DNA of 64,000 bases from Candidatus Dojkabacteria bacterium (GCA_050950165.1 JBMNHC010000001.1:325724-389723); one strand, 5' to 3'; numbered from the stretch's first letter, positions 38,138-50,249 are shown. The notes: generated from the letters alone by a model not told the origin. Program-made: numbers and translations.

Positions 38138-39025
38138 TTAGAGATCTTTCAGACTCTTTTCTGCCTCTGGCTTGTTATTATCTATCAGATTGAGATATTT
38201 TTCTGTAGTAGAAAGTCTCTTGTGTCCTACTAGTTTGGATACTGTTACTAGACTCACACCATTTGCTAAGTGATGAGCTATGAATGTATTTCTTAAATCA
38301 TTAACCTTTGCATTTTTAATACCTGCTCTCTCAAATGCCTTATCTATTGTAGTTCTAATATTTCTAACTAGAAGAGGTCTACCATTCTTTGTGACATAGA
38401 GGGTCTCCTCTTCTGTCTCTGGCCTTATCTCAAGATATTCATCAATTGCTTTCTTTGCAGATTTATTAATAGGGACCTTTCTTGCGTGATGACTACCCTG
38501 GGCCTTTATGTATATATAGTTAATACCATCTTTAGTATTTCTTACATCATCTAAAGTAAGAGTAGCTAACTCACCAATTCTGATACCCGTTTGTAGTAAA
38601 AGCTCTACAATGGAGTAGAGTCTAATATCTACTCTACTAACATCTCTTAGTGCTCTATACTCCATCTCTGAAAGAACTCTAGGAGGTTTTGTCTCAAACT
38701 TAGGATGTGCTAACTTCTCTGCAGGATTATCTTTGATATGAGAATTCTCTAAAAGATATCTATAGAAAGTTCTTGTACTATTAATCTTTCTAGAGATACT
38801 TTTTGGAGTGTAGTTGTTGTCCTGTAAGTGTTTCTTATACGCCTCTAGATTATCTATTGTAGTTTGCGTCAACTTTGTAATTCCTTTAGAAGAAAAATAT
38901 GTAAGAAGTTGCTCTATATCTTTTGCATAAGCAATTACAGTGGCTTCAGAACGACCTTTATTTCTAAGTTCGTCAGTAAAGCTACTTTGTAAATTGGCAA
39001 ATTCAGGGTTTGTAATCTTTTCCAA
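38138..39025 (-). CDS. Tyrosine site-specific recombinase (XerC/XerD/phage-integrase family)
   Basis: R...H-x-x-R...Y catalytic pattern: GIRIGELATLTLDDV, HHARKVP, LRNTFIAHHLANG, LVGHKRLSTTEKY. It has an N-terminal SAM-like domain and is 295 aa. Confidence 0.8.
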   Translation of the reverse strand: MEKITNPEFANLQSSFTDELRNKGRSEATVIAYAKDIEQLLTYFSSKGITKLTQTTIDNLEAYKKHLQDNNYTPKSISRKINSTRTFYRYLLENSHIKDNPAEKLAHPKFETKPPRVLSEMEYRALRDVSRVDIRLYSIVELLLQTGIRIGELATLTLDDVRNTKDGINYIYIKAQGSHHARKVPINKSAKKAIDEYLEIRPETEEETLYVTKNGRPLLVRNIRTTIDKAFERAGIKNAKVNDLRNTFIAHHLANGVSLVTVSKLVGHKRLSTTEKYLNLIDNNKPEAEKSLKDL

Positions 39026-39159
39026 CGTTATTAAATTTTTAATTTAATAATAGCCTAGTATGTAAACTATGAGATTATAGCATCTCTTGCAGAATAATAT
39101 CAACAAGGAAGTAAATAGTTGTTTTTGAATCTTTTTTCTTCTTCTGATAGTATTTTTAT

Positions 39160-39609
39160 ATGTCTAGGAGTATAAGGGTTAGAAGAGAGAGGGAGAGTGG
39201 AAAGGAAGATTCTGATATTCTCCCTATTCTTAACTCTCTTCCAGTTAAACTTTTTTTTCTAATTACCTCAATCTTTATTCTCTACTCTGTGTATAATTCG
39301 ATAAAAATAACAGTTCAGAAAGTGGGAATACACAGACAGGCAGAAAGAGAGGTTGAAGAGCTGAGGCTTCAAAACTTACATCTTTCTCTTGGTATGAAAG
39401 AGATGTCTACGGATAGGTATTTAGAGAAGGAGGCAAGAGATAGGCTAAATTTTGGTGATAATGAGGAGATTGTTTTCGTTATTCCACCAAATACTCTAGA
39501 AGAGGCTAAAGGGGAGGTAGAGAAGATTGTTAAAGAGTCTGAATCTTACAGTATAGGGAGGAAGTTTACTCTTTTGGAGTGGGTTGAGTTTTTAAGTAGA
39601 GGGATTTGA
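39160..39609 (+). CDS. Septum-formation initiator FtsB/DivIC-like protein
   Basis: N-terminal TM, coiled coil EVEELRLQNLHLSLGMKEM, and the DivIC-like tail YLEKEARDRLNFGDNEEIVFVIP. Confidence 0.55.
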   Translation: MSRSIRVRRERESGKEDSDILPILNSLPVKLFFLITSIFILYSVYNSIKITVQKVGIHRQAEREVEELRLQNLHLSLGMKEMSTDRYLEKEARDRLNFGDNEEIVFVIPPNTLEEAKGEVEKIVKESESYSIGRKFTLLEWVEFLSRGI

Positions 39610-39648
39610 ATTAAAGAAGTTGTTGTTGTATAATGATATTTACAATAT

Positions 39649-39725
39649 CGCGGGGTAGAGCAGAGGCAGCTCGTCAGGCTCATAACCTGAAGGTCGTTGG
39701 TTCGAATCCAACCCCCGCAACCAGT
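39649..39725 (+). tRNA. tRNA-Met (CAT), probable initiator (C1:A72 mismatch)
   Basis: CGCGGGG...CCCCGCA acceptor with C1:A72, anticodon loop CTCATAA, T-arm GTTGGTTCGAATCCAAC, encoded CCA. Confidence 0.75.
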
Positions 39726-39793
39726 TCCCATATTGAGTAGATAGATAGTTCCGTGATAGAATTGCTTCGGTTTTAACATTTTTATCTAAACAT

Positions 39794-40354
39794 ATGCCAT
39801 TAACAGATTCACCTGTAAAAGGAATGTATATAGTGGAGGATGGGAAGTACTTCTTTTTGCAAGATAGACAATTAAAGACACAGGGTAGACAAGGAGGCCT
39901 TATCATTATGCGACTGAAAGCTTTGGATGATGGACGTATCTTTAACAAAACTATTAAATCTGGAACTAAGGTTGAATACATAACTCCACAAACAAAAGAG
40001 GTTCAGTATCTGTACAGTGATGATTCTAACTCTTACTTTATGGATATGCAGACCTTCGAGAGCTTATCTATTGCTAGAGAGGTGATAGGGGAGTATATCC
40101 ATTACTTAAAAGTAGGTGAATCTATTCTAATACTTACACATGAGGGTAAAGTATTAAGTATAAAAGAGAACCCTACGGTAATATTAGAAGTTGTAGAAGC
40201 AGAGGATGCAGTAAGAGGGAATACTGCTAATGCAGCTACTAAGTTAGTGACTGTAGAGACTGGGTATAAGCTTCAGGTTCCTCTTTTTATAAAAAAGGGG
40301 GATAAGATAAAGATTAATACAGAGAGTGGGACATACTCTGCTAAGGCAAATTAG
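39794..40354 (+). CDS. efp: Elongation factor P
   Basis: 186 aa. N-terminal KOW-like GKYFFLQDRQLKTQGRQGG and the three-domain EF-P layout. Confidence 0.85.
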   Translation: MPLTDSPVKGMYIVEDGKYFFLQDRQLKTQGRQGGLIIMRLKALDDGRIFNKTIKSGTKVEYITPQTKEVQYLYSDDSNSYFMDMQTFESLSIAREVIGEYIHYLKVGESILILTHEGKVLSIKENPTVILEVVEAEDAVRGNTANAATKLVTVETGYKLQVPLFIKKGDKIKINTESGTYSAKAN

Positions 40355-40387
40355 TCATACTTCTGGTATAATTAGTGAACACTTTGT

Positions 40388-40461
40388 GGTGGAATAGCTC
40401 AGTTGGTTAGAGCATGGGATTCATAAACCCAAGGTCGGTGGTTCGATCCCACCTTCCACTA
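40388..40461 (+). tRNA. tRNA with CAT anticodon (elongator Met or Ile2-lysidine type)
   Basis: GGTGGAA acceptor, D-arm GCTCAGTTGGTTAGAGC, anticodon loop TTCATAA, T-arm GGTGGTTCGATCCCACC. There is a 31:39 A-A mismatch. Confidence 0.65.
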
Positions 40462-40491
40462 CTTATCTTTCTTAAATTTTTTGTCTTGAAA

Positions 40492-42330
40492 ATGGCTGGT
40501 AATATAAATAATCAGGGAGGGAATATAATTAGGATTAAGCCTAGAAGAAGAGGTTTGTCTTGGTCCTCCATTGTAATCTTTGTAATTCTTTCGTTACTTT
40601 TCTCTTTTTCTCTAAATACATTTTTAAAGTTAGGGGACAGGGGGAAGGAGGTATCTTTAAGTGAGATTGTTACAGATATATCGGATAGTAAGTATGAAAA
40701 GATTCTTCTAAAGGATGATATGGTTAGTATTGAGAGTAAGGAGGGAGGTAAGTATGCACTTCTTTCAGAGAAGACAGATTTCTATACTGTTCTTGCAGAT
40801 GCAGATATTGATATTAAGACATTAGAAAATGACTTTTATGAACCTAAATTAGGTATTACATTTGGTGATATTGTTTCCATAGTATTTCTTGGTGCAGGCT
40901 TAGTCCTCCTATACATGTTAATAAAGAATATGCAACAGTCTGGTGGGAAGATTATGGATTTCGGACAGAGTAAAGCTAGGCTTCTTTTTGGTAAGAAGAG
41001 TGGTATTACATTTCAAGATGTAGCTGGTATAGAAGAGGTGAAAGAGGAGTTAACAGAGATAGTGGATTTTTTGAAGAATCCTAAAAAATATGCAAATATC
41101 GGTGCTAGAATACCTAAAGGAGTTCTTTTAGCAGGTGCTCCGGGAACAGGGAAGACTCTTCTTGCTAAGGCTGTTTCTGGAGAAGCTGGAGTTCCCTTCT
41201 TTCATACTTCAGGATCTGAATTTGAAGAGATGCTTGTTGGTGCAGGAGCATCTAGAGTTAGAGATCTTTTTACAAAGGCTAGAAGAACAGCGCCATGTAT
41301 CATCTTTATCGATGAGATAGATGCTGTTGCAAAAAAGAGGGGTACAGTACTTCACTCTGGTGCGGGAGAGCAGACGCTTAATCAGATACTTGTTGAAATG
41401 GATGGGCTTGAAGAGAGAGAGAATGTAATTGTTCTTGCAGCGACTAATAGGCCGGATGTTTTAGATCCTGCAATTTTAAGACCAGGGAGATTTGATAGGA
41501 CTGTAGTAGTACATATGCCAGACTACTCTGGTAGGAAAGAGATAATTGCTGTTCATGCAAAAAACAAGAAGTTCGAAGAGAGTGTAGATTTAGATTCAAT
41601 TGCTAAAAAGACAATAGGGTACTCAGGTGCAGATTTAGAAAATCTACTTAATGAGGCTGCCATTATGGCTGCAAAAGAGAATAGGAAGAAAATTAACCAA
41701 GAGGACCTGCTGGAGGCGTATCTCAAGGTAAAATTAGGTAGGAAGAAGAAGGGACAGTTGGGTGAAGAAGATCTAAAGGTTACAGCATATCATGAGGCTG
41801 GTCATGCAATTGTTGCGAAGTTTACTAAGCATGCAACACCAGTAGAACAGGTCTCCATTATACCTAGAGGTATGGCAGGAGGAGTTACAGTATATCTTCC
41901 AGAGGATGATAAAAAGCATGTATTTAAAGATGAGCTTCTTGCTAACTTGGTATCAACAGTAGGTGGTAGAGCTGCTGAGGAGATATTTGTAGGTAGGATT
42001 ACTACTGGAGCATCTGCTGATATAGAGCAGGCAACTTCCATAGCCAGAGAGATGGTTACTCAGTACGGTATGTCCGAGAAGTTAGGTATGGTTAAGTATG
42101 GGGATATGGAGGAGACTAGACACTTAGGATATGCATATGGTGGTGGTAAGAACTTTAGTGAAAAGTACGCAGAGATGATAGATAGCGAGGTTAAATCTAT
42201 GATGGATGAGGCTCTTAAGAAGGCTACAAAGATTTTAGAAGAGAAAAAAGAGTATGTAGAGAAATTAGTCTCTATGCTTTTGGAAAGAGAGGTAGTTAGC
42301 AAAGAAGAGTTTGAATCTATCTTTGAATAG
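40492..42330 (+). CDS. ftsH: ATP-dependent zinc metalloprotease FtsH
   Basis: AAA Walker [22 protein letters not shown], and zinc site HEAGHAIV. There are two N-terminal TM segments. The track ORF starts inside the upstream tRNA, so the start is assigned to M at 40492. Confidence 0.9.
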   Translation: MAGNINNQGGNIIRIKPRRRGLSWSSIVIFVILSLLFSFSLNTFLKLGDRGKEVSLSEIVTDISDSKYEKILLKDDMVSIESKEGGKYALLSEKTDFYTVLADADIDIKTLENDFYEPKLGITFGDIVSIVFLGAGLVLLYMLIKNMQQSGGKIMDFGQSKARLLFGKKSGITFQDVAGIEEVKEELTEIVDFLKNPKKYANIGARIPKGVLLAGAPGTGKTLLAKAVSGEAGVPFFHTSGSEFEEMLVGAGASRVRDLFTKARRTAPCIIFIDEIDAVAKKRGTVLHSGAGEQTLNQILVEMDGLEERENVIVLAATNRPDVLDPAILRPGRFDRTVVVHMPDYSGRKEIIAVHAKNKKFEESVDLDSIAKKTIGYSGADLENLLNEAAIMAAKENRKKINQEDLLEAYLKVKLGRKKKGQLGEEDLKVTAYHEAGHAIVAKFTKHATPVEQVSIIPRGMAGGVTVYLPEDDKKHVFKDELLANLVSTVGGRAAEEIFVGRITTGASADIEQATSIAREMVTQYGMSEKLGMVKYGDMEETRHLGYAYGGGKNFSEKYAEMIDSEVKSMMDEALKKATKILEEKKEYVEKLVSMLLEREVVSKEEFESIFE

Positions 42331-42366
42331 GTAGATATCGAAATCCGTCTTTAGTAAAATATCAGT

Positions 42367-45042
42367 ATGACAATAGTTGACAATGGTAAGGATATCTTTT
42401 TAGCCATAGATGCGAATGCAATAGTACATAGGGCTTTTCATGCATATCCTTCTACACTCCAAACAGAAGAAGGGATACAGGTAAATGCAGCATATGGTTT
42501 TACAGTAATGCTTTTAGAAGCATTAAAAATGTTTAATCCGAAATATGTACTCTGTTCCTTTGATACTGCTAAACCAACATTTAGGCATGTAGAATTCCCA
42601 GATTACAAGGCTACTAGAAAACCCACAGACCAATCTCTCATAGACCAGTTCCCTCTGGTGGAAGAAATACTACAATCATTTAATATCCCCATTCTAAAAA
42701 AAGAAGGATATGAAGCTGATGACATATTGGGAACAATATCAAGGTATGTAAAAGAGGGAAAATGGAGTAGTGAGAATATGGAATTATATATATTAAGTGG
42801 AGATAGGGATCTGCTACAGTTAATATCTGAGAATGTAAGGGTAGCACTACCACAAGGTAGTTTTAGCAATCTTGTTGCATACGATAGAGTTGAGACAAAG
42901 AAAAAATTCGGACTGTATCCAGAACAGATAGTAGACTACAAAGGCATAGCAGGTGATGCTTCAGATAATATACCAGGAATAAAAGGAGTAGGAAGTAAAA
43001 CAGCTATAGAGTTGTTAGATAGGTATGGAAGTTTAAATAAAATATACGAGAACCTAGCAGAAATAAAGCCTAGATATGCTAATTTACTCAGAGAGGGTAT
43101 AGAGCAGGCAGAGATGAGTAAAAAGTTGGCTACAATTGAACAGAATGTTGACTTAAATATATATCTAGAAGATTGTTTAATGAGAGATTTTGATAAGAAA
43201 GAGGTACTACAGGTATTCCATAAATATGCATTTAAGTCATTAATTAAAAAGATTGATAACCTAAAAGAAGACGAGAAGGAAAAACTAAGTACACAGTTAG
43301 ATATTTTCTCTACAGGAGCAGAACTAGAAATTAATTGGACAAAAGATGAGGATGTAAAAGATATTTGTAAAGATGCAAAGAGACTCCTTATCGCATATTT
43401 TAATAAATCAGAATCAGCTACTGGAGAGAGTTTTAGTTTTGTAAGAAAGATAGTCTCTAGTGATAAGTTTGAGGATTATCTTCTTAAGGATATTTATCAA
43501 ATTATTAAAACCGATTGTGAGAAGTTAATATATGGTTTAGAGCAGATTACAGAGGATGTAGGTATTCCTGGTGGTAAGCTTTTTGATGTTTCTCTTTTTG
43601 CACACCTTATTAATTCTGAAAAGAGAAGCTATCGTTTTAAAGATTTAGCTTTTGATTTTTCTGGAAGCATATTTAATGACAAGATTCATCCCTCTGAGAT
43701 GAGAAAGGTCCTAGATGCTCTTGAGGAGATTAAGGAGAAAGAGATAAAGAAAGCGAATAGTATTGAATTGTATGACTATACGAGAAATAGCATGATTGAG
43801 TTTTTGGGAGTAAAGGAGAACTTTTTTGAAAACAGCCTGGAGATGATTGAGATACCGATCTGTAAAATTCTTTCTAAGATGGAGAACAGAGGGATACTAG
43901 TAGATACTGCTTGGTTAGAAAGATTAGATAGTGAACTTACTAAAGAGATTTTGAGGATTACCAAAGAGATCTATAATTATGTAGGTCATGAATTTAATAT
44001 TAATTCACCTAAGCAACTATCAGATGTTCTGTTTAATGAATTAGATTTACCGAATAGGAAGAAGGGTTCTACTAGGGAGTCTGTTTTAGCTGATTTAAAG
44101 GGTATTCATCCTGCAATTGAGAAGATTTTGGAGTACAGAGAGTTGAGTAAGATACATACTACATATGTGATTCCTCTATTAGAGATGGGCAGAGAGAGTC
44201 CAGAGAGTACAATTCATACAGATTACAAGCAGACAGGTACATCTTCAGGGAGGTTTTCATCATCTAATCCTAATATGCAGAATATTCCAATACAGGGAGA
44301 GTGGGCAGAAAAAATTAGAAAGGCTTTTATTGCTAGAGAGGGTTTCAAATTTGTATCTATGGACTATTCACAGATAGAGTTGAGGGTTCTTGCAGATATG
44401 TCTAAGGATAGTCTTTTGGTAGAGGACTTCCAAAACGATGTAGATATTCATAAAGCAACAGCTAGCAGAATTTTAAAGAAAGAGGTAGAAGATGTTACTA
44501 AAGAAGAGAGAGGTCTAGGAAAAACAATCAATTTTGGTATTTTGTTTGGTCAGACACCTTTCGGTCTTGCTAGTATGCTTGGTATTCCTACTGATGTGGC
44601 ACAGAAATATATTACAGAATATTTTCAACACTATATTGGTGTAGAAGAATATATTAGATCTTTAGAGAAGGAGGCGTACAAGAGAGGATATGTTCAAACT
44701 ATGTTTGGTACTACTAGGTGGATTAGGGGTATTAGGTCAAAGAATATTAGGATGGTTAGAGCAGCACAGAGAGAGGCTATTAATATGCCGATACAGGGAG
44801 GTGAGGCAGATATTATGAAGTTAGCCATGATTAAGTTAGATGAGGAGATTGAGAAGAACTTTAAAGATGATGCCTTTATTCTTCTTCAGATTCATGATGA
44901 ATTAATATTTGAAGTTAAAGAGAATAGAGTAAATGATTTTGAAAAGAGAGCAAAAGAGATTATGAGTAATGTTGTATCAATGGTAGTACATTTAGATGTT
45001 AGTTCTGCTAGTGGAGATAATATGGCAGAGTTGATGGGGTAG
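42367..45042 (+). CDS. polA: DNA polymerase I (5'-3' exonuclease plus family A polymerase)
   Basis: N-terminal FEN-like domain. Motif A DYSQIELR, motif B RGLGKTINFGILFG, motif C QIHDELIFE. Confidence 0.9.
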   Translation: MTIVDNGKDIFLAIDANAIVHRAFHAYPSTLQTEEGIQVNAAYGFTVMLLEALKMFNPKYVLCSFDTAKPTFRHVEFPDYKATRKPTDQSLIDQFPLVEEILQSFNIPILKKEGYEADDILGTISRYVKEGKWSSENMELYILSGDRDLLQLISENVRVALPQGSFSNLVAYDRVETKKKFGLYPEQIVDYKGIAGDASDNIPGIKGVGSKTAIELLDRYGSLNKIYENLAEIKPRYANLLREGIEQAEMSKKLATIEQNVDLNIYLEDCLMRDFDKKEVLQVFHKYAFKSLIKKIDNLKEDEKEKLSTQLDIFSTGAELEINWTKDEDVKDICKDAKRLLIAYFNKSESATGESFSFVRKIVSSDKFEDYLLKDIYQIIKTDCEKLIYGLEQITEDVGIPGGKLFDVSLFAHLINSEKRSYRFKDLAFDFSGSIFNDKIHPSEMRKVLDALEEIKEKEIKKANSIELYDYTRNSMIEFLGVKENFFENSLEMIEIPICKILSKMENRGILVDTAWLERLDSELTKEILRITKEIYNYVGHEFNINSPKQLSDVLFNELDLPNRKKGSTRESVLADLKGIHPAIEKILEYRELSKIHTTYVIPLLEMGRESPESTIHTDYKQTGTSSGRFSSSNPNMQNIPIQGEWAEKIRKAFIAREGFKFVSMDYSQIELRVLADMSKDSLLVEDFQNDVDIHKATASRILKKEVEDVTKEERGLGKTINFGILFGQTPFGLASMLGIPTDVAQKYITEYFQHYIGVEEYIRSLEKEAYKRGYVQTMFGTTRWIRGIRSKNIRMVRAAQREAINMPIQGGEADIMKLAMIKLDEEIEKNFKDDAFILLQIHDELIFEVKENRVNDFEKRAKEIMSNVVSMVVHLDVSSASGDNMAELMG

Positions 45043-45097
45043 TCAAGAAGTTGTGATTTCTTTCTAAAGCTTTTAATACATATGATATACTAAATAT

Positions 45098-45991
45098 ATG
45101 ACACTAGTAATAATGGCAGCTGGAATGGGTAGTAGATTTGGCGGTCTAAAACAGATAGAGCCAGTAGGTCCAAGTGGTGAATTCATAATAGACTATTCAA
45201 TATACGATGCCCTAGAAGCAGGGTTTGAGAAGGTTGTTTTCATAATTAAAAAAGAAAACTACGATATATTTAAAGAAACAGTAGGAAAGAGAGTAGAGCA
45301 ATATATAAAGGTGGAATACGCATTCCAAGAAATGGATGATTTACCTGAGGGTTTTGTGTGTCCTGCAGAGAGAACAAGACCGTGGGGAACATCACATGCC
45401 ATACTATCTGCAGAGAGCAATATCGATGAAAACTTCGGTGTAATTAATGCTGACGATTTCTACGGTAAAGATGCTTTTGTAGTATTAGCAAACTTCCTCA
45501 AACAAGCATCAGAGAAAGAATTCTGTGTAATTGGATATCAATGTGCTAATACACTTACAGAACACGGTGCAGTTAAAAGAGGAGTATGTGATATCAAAGA
45601 TGGATTGTTAGAAAAAATTACAGAGAGTAGTTGTGAGAAAGTGGAAGGGAAGATAGTAGCGACACCTTTAGATGGTACAACTCCTTTTGAGGTTGGTAAT
45701 GATCAATTTGTATCTATGAATATGTTTGGTTTTACTCCAGCTCTTTTCCCTTTTATGAAAAAGAAGTTTAAGGAATATCTAGAAGAAAACAGAAATAATA
45801 TTGAAAATTGTGAATACCTTATCTTTCAAACAGTATATGAAGGTATTGTTGAGAAAGAGTGGAATGTAAAAGTTCTACCTACTACTTCTAGATGGTATGG
45901 TATTACTTACAGGGAGGATAAGGAGAGTGTGGTAAAAGCAATAGAGGAAATGATATCAAGAGGTGAGTATCCTAAACAACTGTGGGGTTAA
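45098..45991 (+). CDS. Sugar-phosphate nucleotidyltransferase (NTP_transferase fold)
   Basis: N-terminal LVIMAAGMGSRFGGLKQ nucleotide-binding loop. Substrate not assignable. Confidence 0.55.
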   Translation: MTLVIMAAGMGSRFGGLKQIEPVGPSGEFIIDYSIYDALEAGFEKVVFIIKKENYDIFKETVGKRVEQYIKVEYAFQEMDDLPEGFVCPAERTRPWGTSHAILSAESNIDENFGVINADDFYGKDAFVVLANFLKQASEKEFCVIGYQCANTLTEHGAVKRGVCDIKDGLLEKITESSCEKVEGKIVATPLDGTTPFEVGNDQFVSMNMFGFTPALFPFMKKKFKEYLEENRNNIENCEYLIFQTVYEGIVEKEWNVKVLPTTSRWYGITYREDKESVVKAIEEMISRGEYPKQLWG

Positions 45992-46027
45992 ATTTCACAA
46001 ATATTAATACAAAAGATATAATTAAAT

Positions 46028-46399
46028 ATGGAGGAAAATCAGAAAGATATATCAATATGGTCGGTTCTCTCTAACATATTAGGATTCCTTTTTGGAGCTT
46101 TTCTAATATACAAAATCATTAATAGAAAGAGAGGTTTTGAGAAAACAGAAAAATTTATCCAAAGACCACCCATCGATGAAGTAAAGAAAGTAAAAAAGAT
46201 ATATCCAATCAATGAGAGACAATACAAGATATTGGCTACGATAAGTAAGAAAGGCACAATGACACCATCAGAGATATATGCACTTGAACCAAATCTCTCT
46301 ACTAGAACATTAAGAAGAGATATGGATGTGTTAGTAGAGCAAGGAGTGGTTAGACAAGAAGGTAGTACCAAATCGACTAAATACACATATATTGGATAA
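46028..46399 (+). CDS. Small membrane-anchored winged-helix (DeoR/MarR-like HTH) protein
   Basis: N-terminal TM plus C-terminal KKGTMTPSEIYALEPNLSTRTLRRDMDVLVEQGVV. Confidence 0.4.
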   Translation: MEENQKDISIWSVLSNILGFLFGAFLIYKIINRKRGFEKTEKFIQRPPIDEVKKVKKIYPINERQYKILATISKKGTMTPSEIYALEPNLSTRTLRRDMDVLVEQGVVRQEGSTKSTKYTYIG

Positions 46400-48209
46400 T
46401 ATGGAGTTCAACGAGGTAGCAAACATATTCGAACAGATAGAGAAGACAAGCTCTAGAAATGAAATAACTAGTATACTAGCAGATTTCTATAAAAAACTTA
46501 CCAAAGAGGAAGGGCAGATACTTTCCTACATGATATTGGGTAGGGTAGCTCCATTCTTTCTTGATAGTGAATTCAACTACTCTGAAAGAAGTCTTCTTAC
46601 ATTACTAAACAACTACAGTAAGTTAAATATTCCTAGCTTTGATATTAATGAGAAAAGGATAGAGTTAGGAGATATTGGAGATACAGTAAAAGAACTTGCT
46701 GAACAAGTAGGCTTTTCATCAAAGAAACTAAGTGTAGAGGAGATATATGATACTCTTTGGGGTATCATAAATATAGAGGGAACAGGCTCTGTAGAGAGAA
46801 AAAATAGTATTGTTTTAGAAACAATACAGAAACTTTCACCATTAGAATCAAAATACTTTGTAAGAATAATATGTGGTCAGTTAAGGTTTGGTATTAATTA
46901 TAAAACATTGTTAGATACCTTCTCTTTTGTAATATCTGGTAGTAAGAGTGTGAGAGAAGAGTTGGATAGAGCGTATGGTGTTAGTGCAGATATTGGATAT
47001 ATATATTCTGTAATTGCCAAAAAGAGTGAAAAGGAAGCAGTTGAAAGCCTAAAGGATGTTAAACTACAACCAGGTATACCAGTCTTAGCAAGATTAGTAG
47101 AGAGAGTAGGTAGTTTTGAAGAGACATTTGATAGGACTGGAGTTCCTGCATTGGTTCAACCTAAGTTTGATGGTTTGAGATGTCAGATTCATAAGTATAG
47201 GGAAGAGGATTTTGAGAGAAGAGAATATCTTTGGAAGAGATATATTCAGAAAGAGTCTGTTGGTTTGTTTGGTGTTGAGTCTGATAGTGTACAGGTAAAG
47301 CTTTTTACAAGGAATTTAGAGGATGTTACAAAGATGTTTCCAGAGGTTGTGGAATCTGCAAAGTTGGTTAAAGAGTCCTCCTTCATCTTAGATTCAGAGG
47401 CAATGGGGTTTAAAGATGGTAAGTTCTTACCTTTTCAGGAAACTATGCAGAGAAGAAGAAAATATGAGGTTGAGGACAGATCTAAGGATGTTCCTGTTAA
47501 GGCTATGGTTTTTGATATTCTGTATCTAAACGGAGAAGATTTAATAGATATGGATACAAAGGAGAGGGTAGGGGTTCTTGAGAAGATTGAATTTGGTGAT
47601 AGTTTAGAGAGATGTGAGACTAAGGAAGTAGGAGATTTGGATGCTTTAATGAATGTTTTTAATGAGAATGTAGAGAGAGGGCATGAAGGAGTTATTGCAA
47701 AGATGCAAACAGGTGGATATTTACCAGGTGTTAGAAACTATGATTGGATTAAGTTAAAGAAGAGTATGTTAGGTTCCTTAGTAGATACTGTGGATCTTGT
47801 TTGTGTTGGCTACTATCACGGTTCTGGAAGGAGATCAGGTTTGGGTGTTGGTGCAATATTAGGTGCTTTGTACAATGAAGAGACTGATAGTTATGAAGCA
47901 ATTTGTAAAGTTGGTACTGGTTTTAGTGATGAACAGCTAAGAAATATTAAGGAGCAGTTGGAATCTAAGGTAGAAGAAAGTCAGCCACAGAATGTGCTCT
48001 GTCCTGAGAATCTAAAACCTGATGTTTGGATATATCCAGAGGTTGTTTTTGCTGTTGAGGCAGATGAGATTACTAGAAAATTAGGAGAAGAAAATATTGG
48101 TGGGGGCCTTTCACTTAGGTTTCCTAGATTAGTAGAGTGGGATAGGGATAAAAGTGCTAATGATGCTACCAGGGTAAGCGAGTTAATCAGCATGTTTAAG
48201 ATGAAGTAA
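46392..48209 (+). CDS. ATP-dependent DNA ligase
   Basis: Motif I VQPKFDGLRCQIH (KxDG), motif IV EGVIAKM, motif V DWIKLKK, and a C-terminal OB domain. Overlaps the upstream ORF by 8 nt. Confidence 0.8.
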   Translation: MDNMEFNEVANIFEQIEKTSSRNEITSILADFYKKLTKEEGQILSYMILGRVAPFFLDSEFNYSERSLLTLLNNYSKLNIPSFDINEKRIELGDIGDTVKELAEQVGFSSKKLSVEEIYDTLWGIINIEGTGSVERKNSIVLETIQKLSPLESKYFVRIICGQLRFGINYKTLLDTFSFVISGSKSVREELDRAYGVSADIGYIYSVIAKKSEKEAVESLKDVKLQPGIPVLARLVERVGSFEETFDRTGVPALVQPKFDGLRCQIHKYREEDFERREYLWKRYIQKESVGLFGVESDSVQVKLFTRNLEDVTKMFPEVVESAKLVKESSFILDSEAMGFKDGKFLPFQETMQRRRKYEVEDRSKDVPVKAMVFDILYLNGEDLIDMDTKERVGVLEKIEFGDSLERCETKEVGDLDALMNVFNENVERGHEGVIAKMQTGGYLPGVRNYDWIKLKKSMLGSLVDTVDLVCVGYYHGSGRRSGLGVGAILGALYNEETDSYEAICKVGTGFSDEQLRNIKEQLESKVEESQPQNVLCPENLKPDVWIYPEVVFAVEADEITRKLGEENIGGGLSLRFPRLVEWDRDKSANDATRVSELISMFKMK

Positions 48210-48238
48210 TATTGATTCTTAAAACAGGTATTTTATAC

Positions 48239-48267
48239 TTGCATAACCTCATTGTGTGTGCTATACT
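48239..48267 (+). promoter_or_regulatory. rRNA operon sigma70-type promoter
   Basis: TTGCAT, 17-nt spacer, TATACT. It lies 320 nt upstream of 16S. Confidence 0.45.
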
Positions 48268-48582
48268 CCTCCCACGAGTTTGGGAATGTTTAAAAATATG
48301 TAATGGAGACAAAGGAATCCTCTTAGAGTCTTTACTCTAATGAACCCCTGTGAGAGAAATTATTAAAGATTTGTTTAGATTAGGTTATTGCTTTAGCTCC
48401 TTAAAAGTTAAAGAGTGACAGGAAGTCAAAAAAATATTCATTTAATGACTTTCTAATAGTGTGTGTGATTTTGGTCACACAATTCATTTAAGTCGATATA
48501 CAAATCCAATCTGGCGTTGATTGGTCTGTGTTTATTAAGTAGGTAATACTACTTAGCTAAATATTGCAAAGTTAAACGTTTT

Positions 48583-50180
<1,598 letters not shown>

Positions 50181-50249
50181 CAAGGAGATACCCGACTTTC
50201 CTGTCACTTTTTAGCTCTTAAGGAACTGCTCTTTACAAAAGGACAGTAT

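Noticed and set aside
27886-39025. Calling the whole pilin, T4CP, tRNA-Ile and integrase region an integrated conjugative element
   Set aside because: smpB (core housekeeping) sits inside the block. The recombinase lies on the far side of the tRNA from the T4SS-like genes, next to ftsB/efp/ftsH/polA. No direct repeat of the tRNA 3' end was noticed. It is kept as a hypothesis in the findings, not as a mobile_element feature.
39546-39981. ORFs 39546-39779 (-) and 39640-39981 (-) and the 5' extension of the ftsH ORF (40414-40491)
   Set aside because: They overlap tRNA-fMet and tRNA(CAT) genes. These are spurious. ftsH was re-started at the ATG at 40492.
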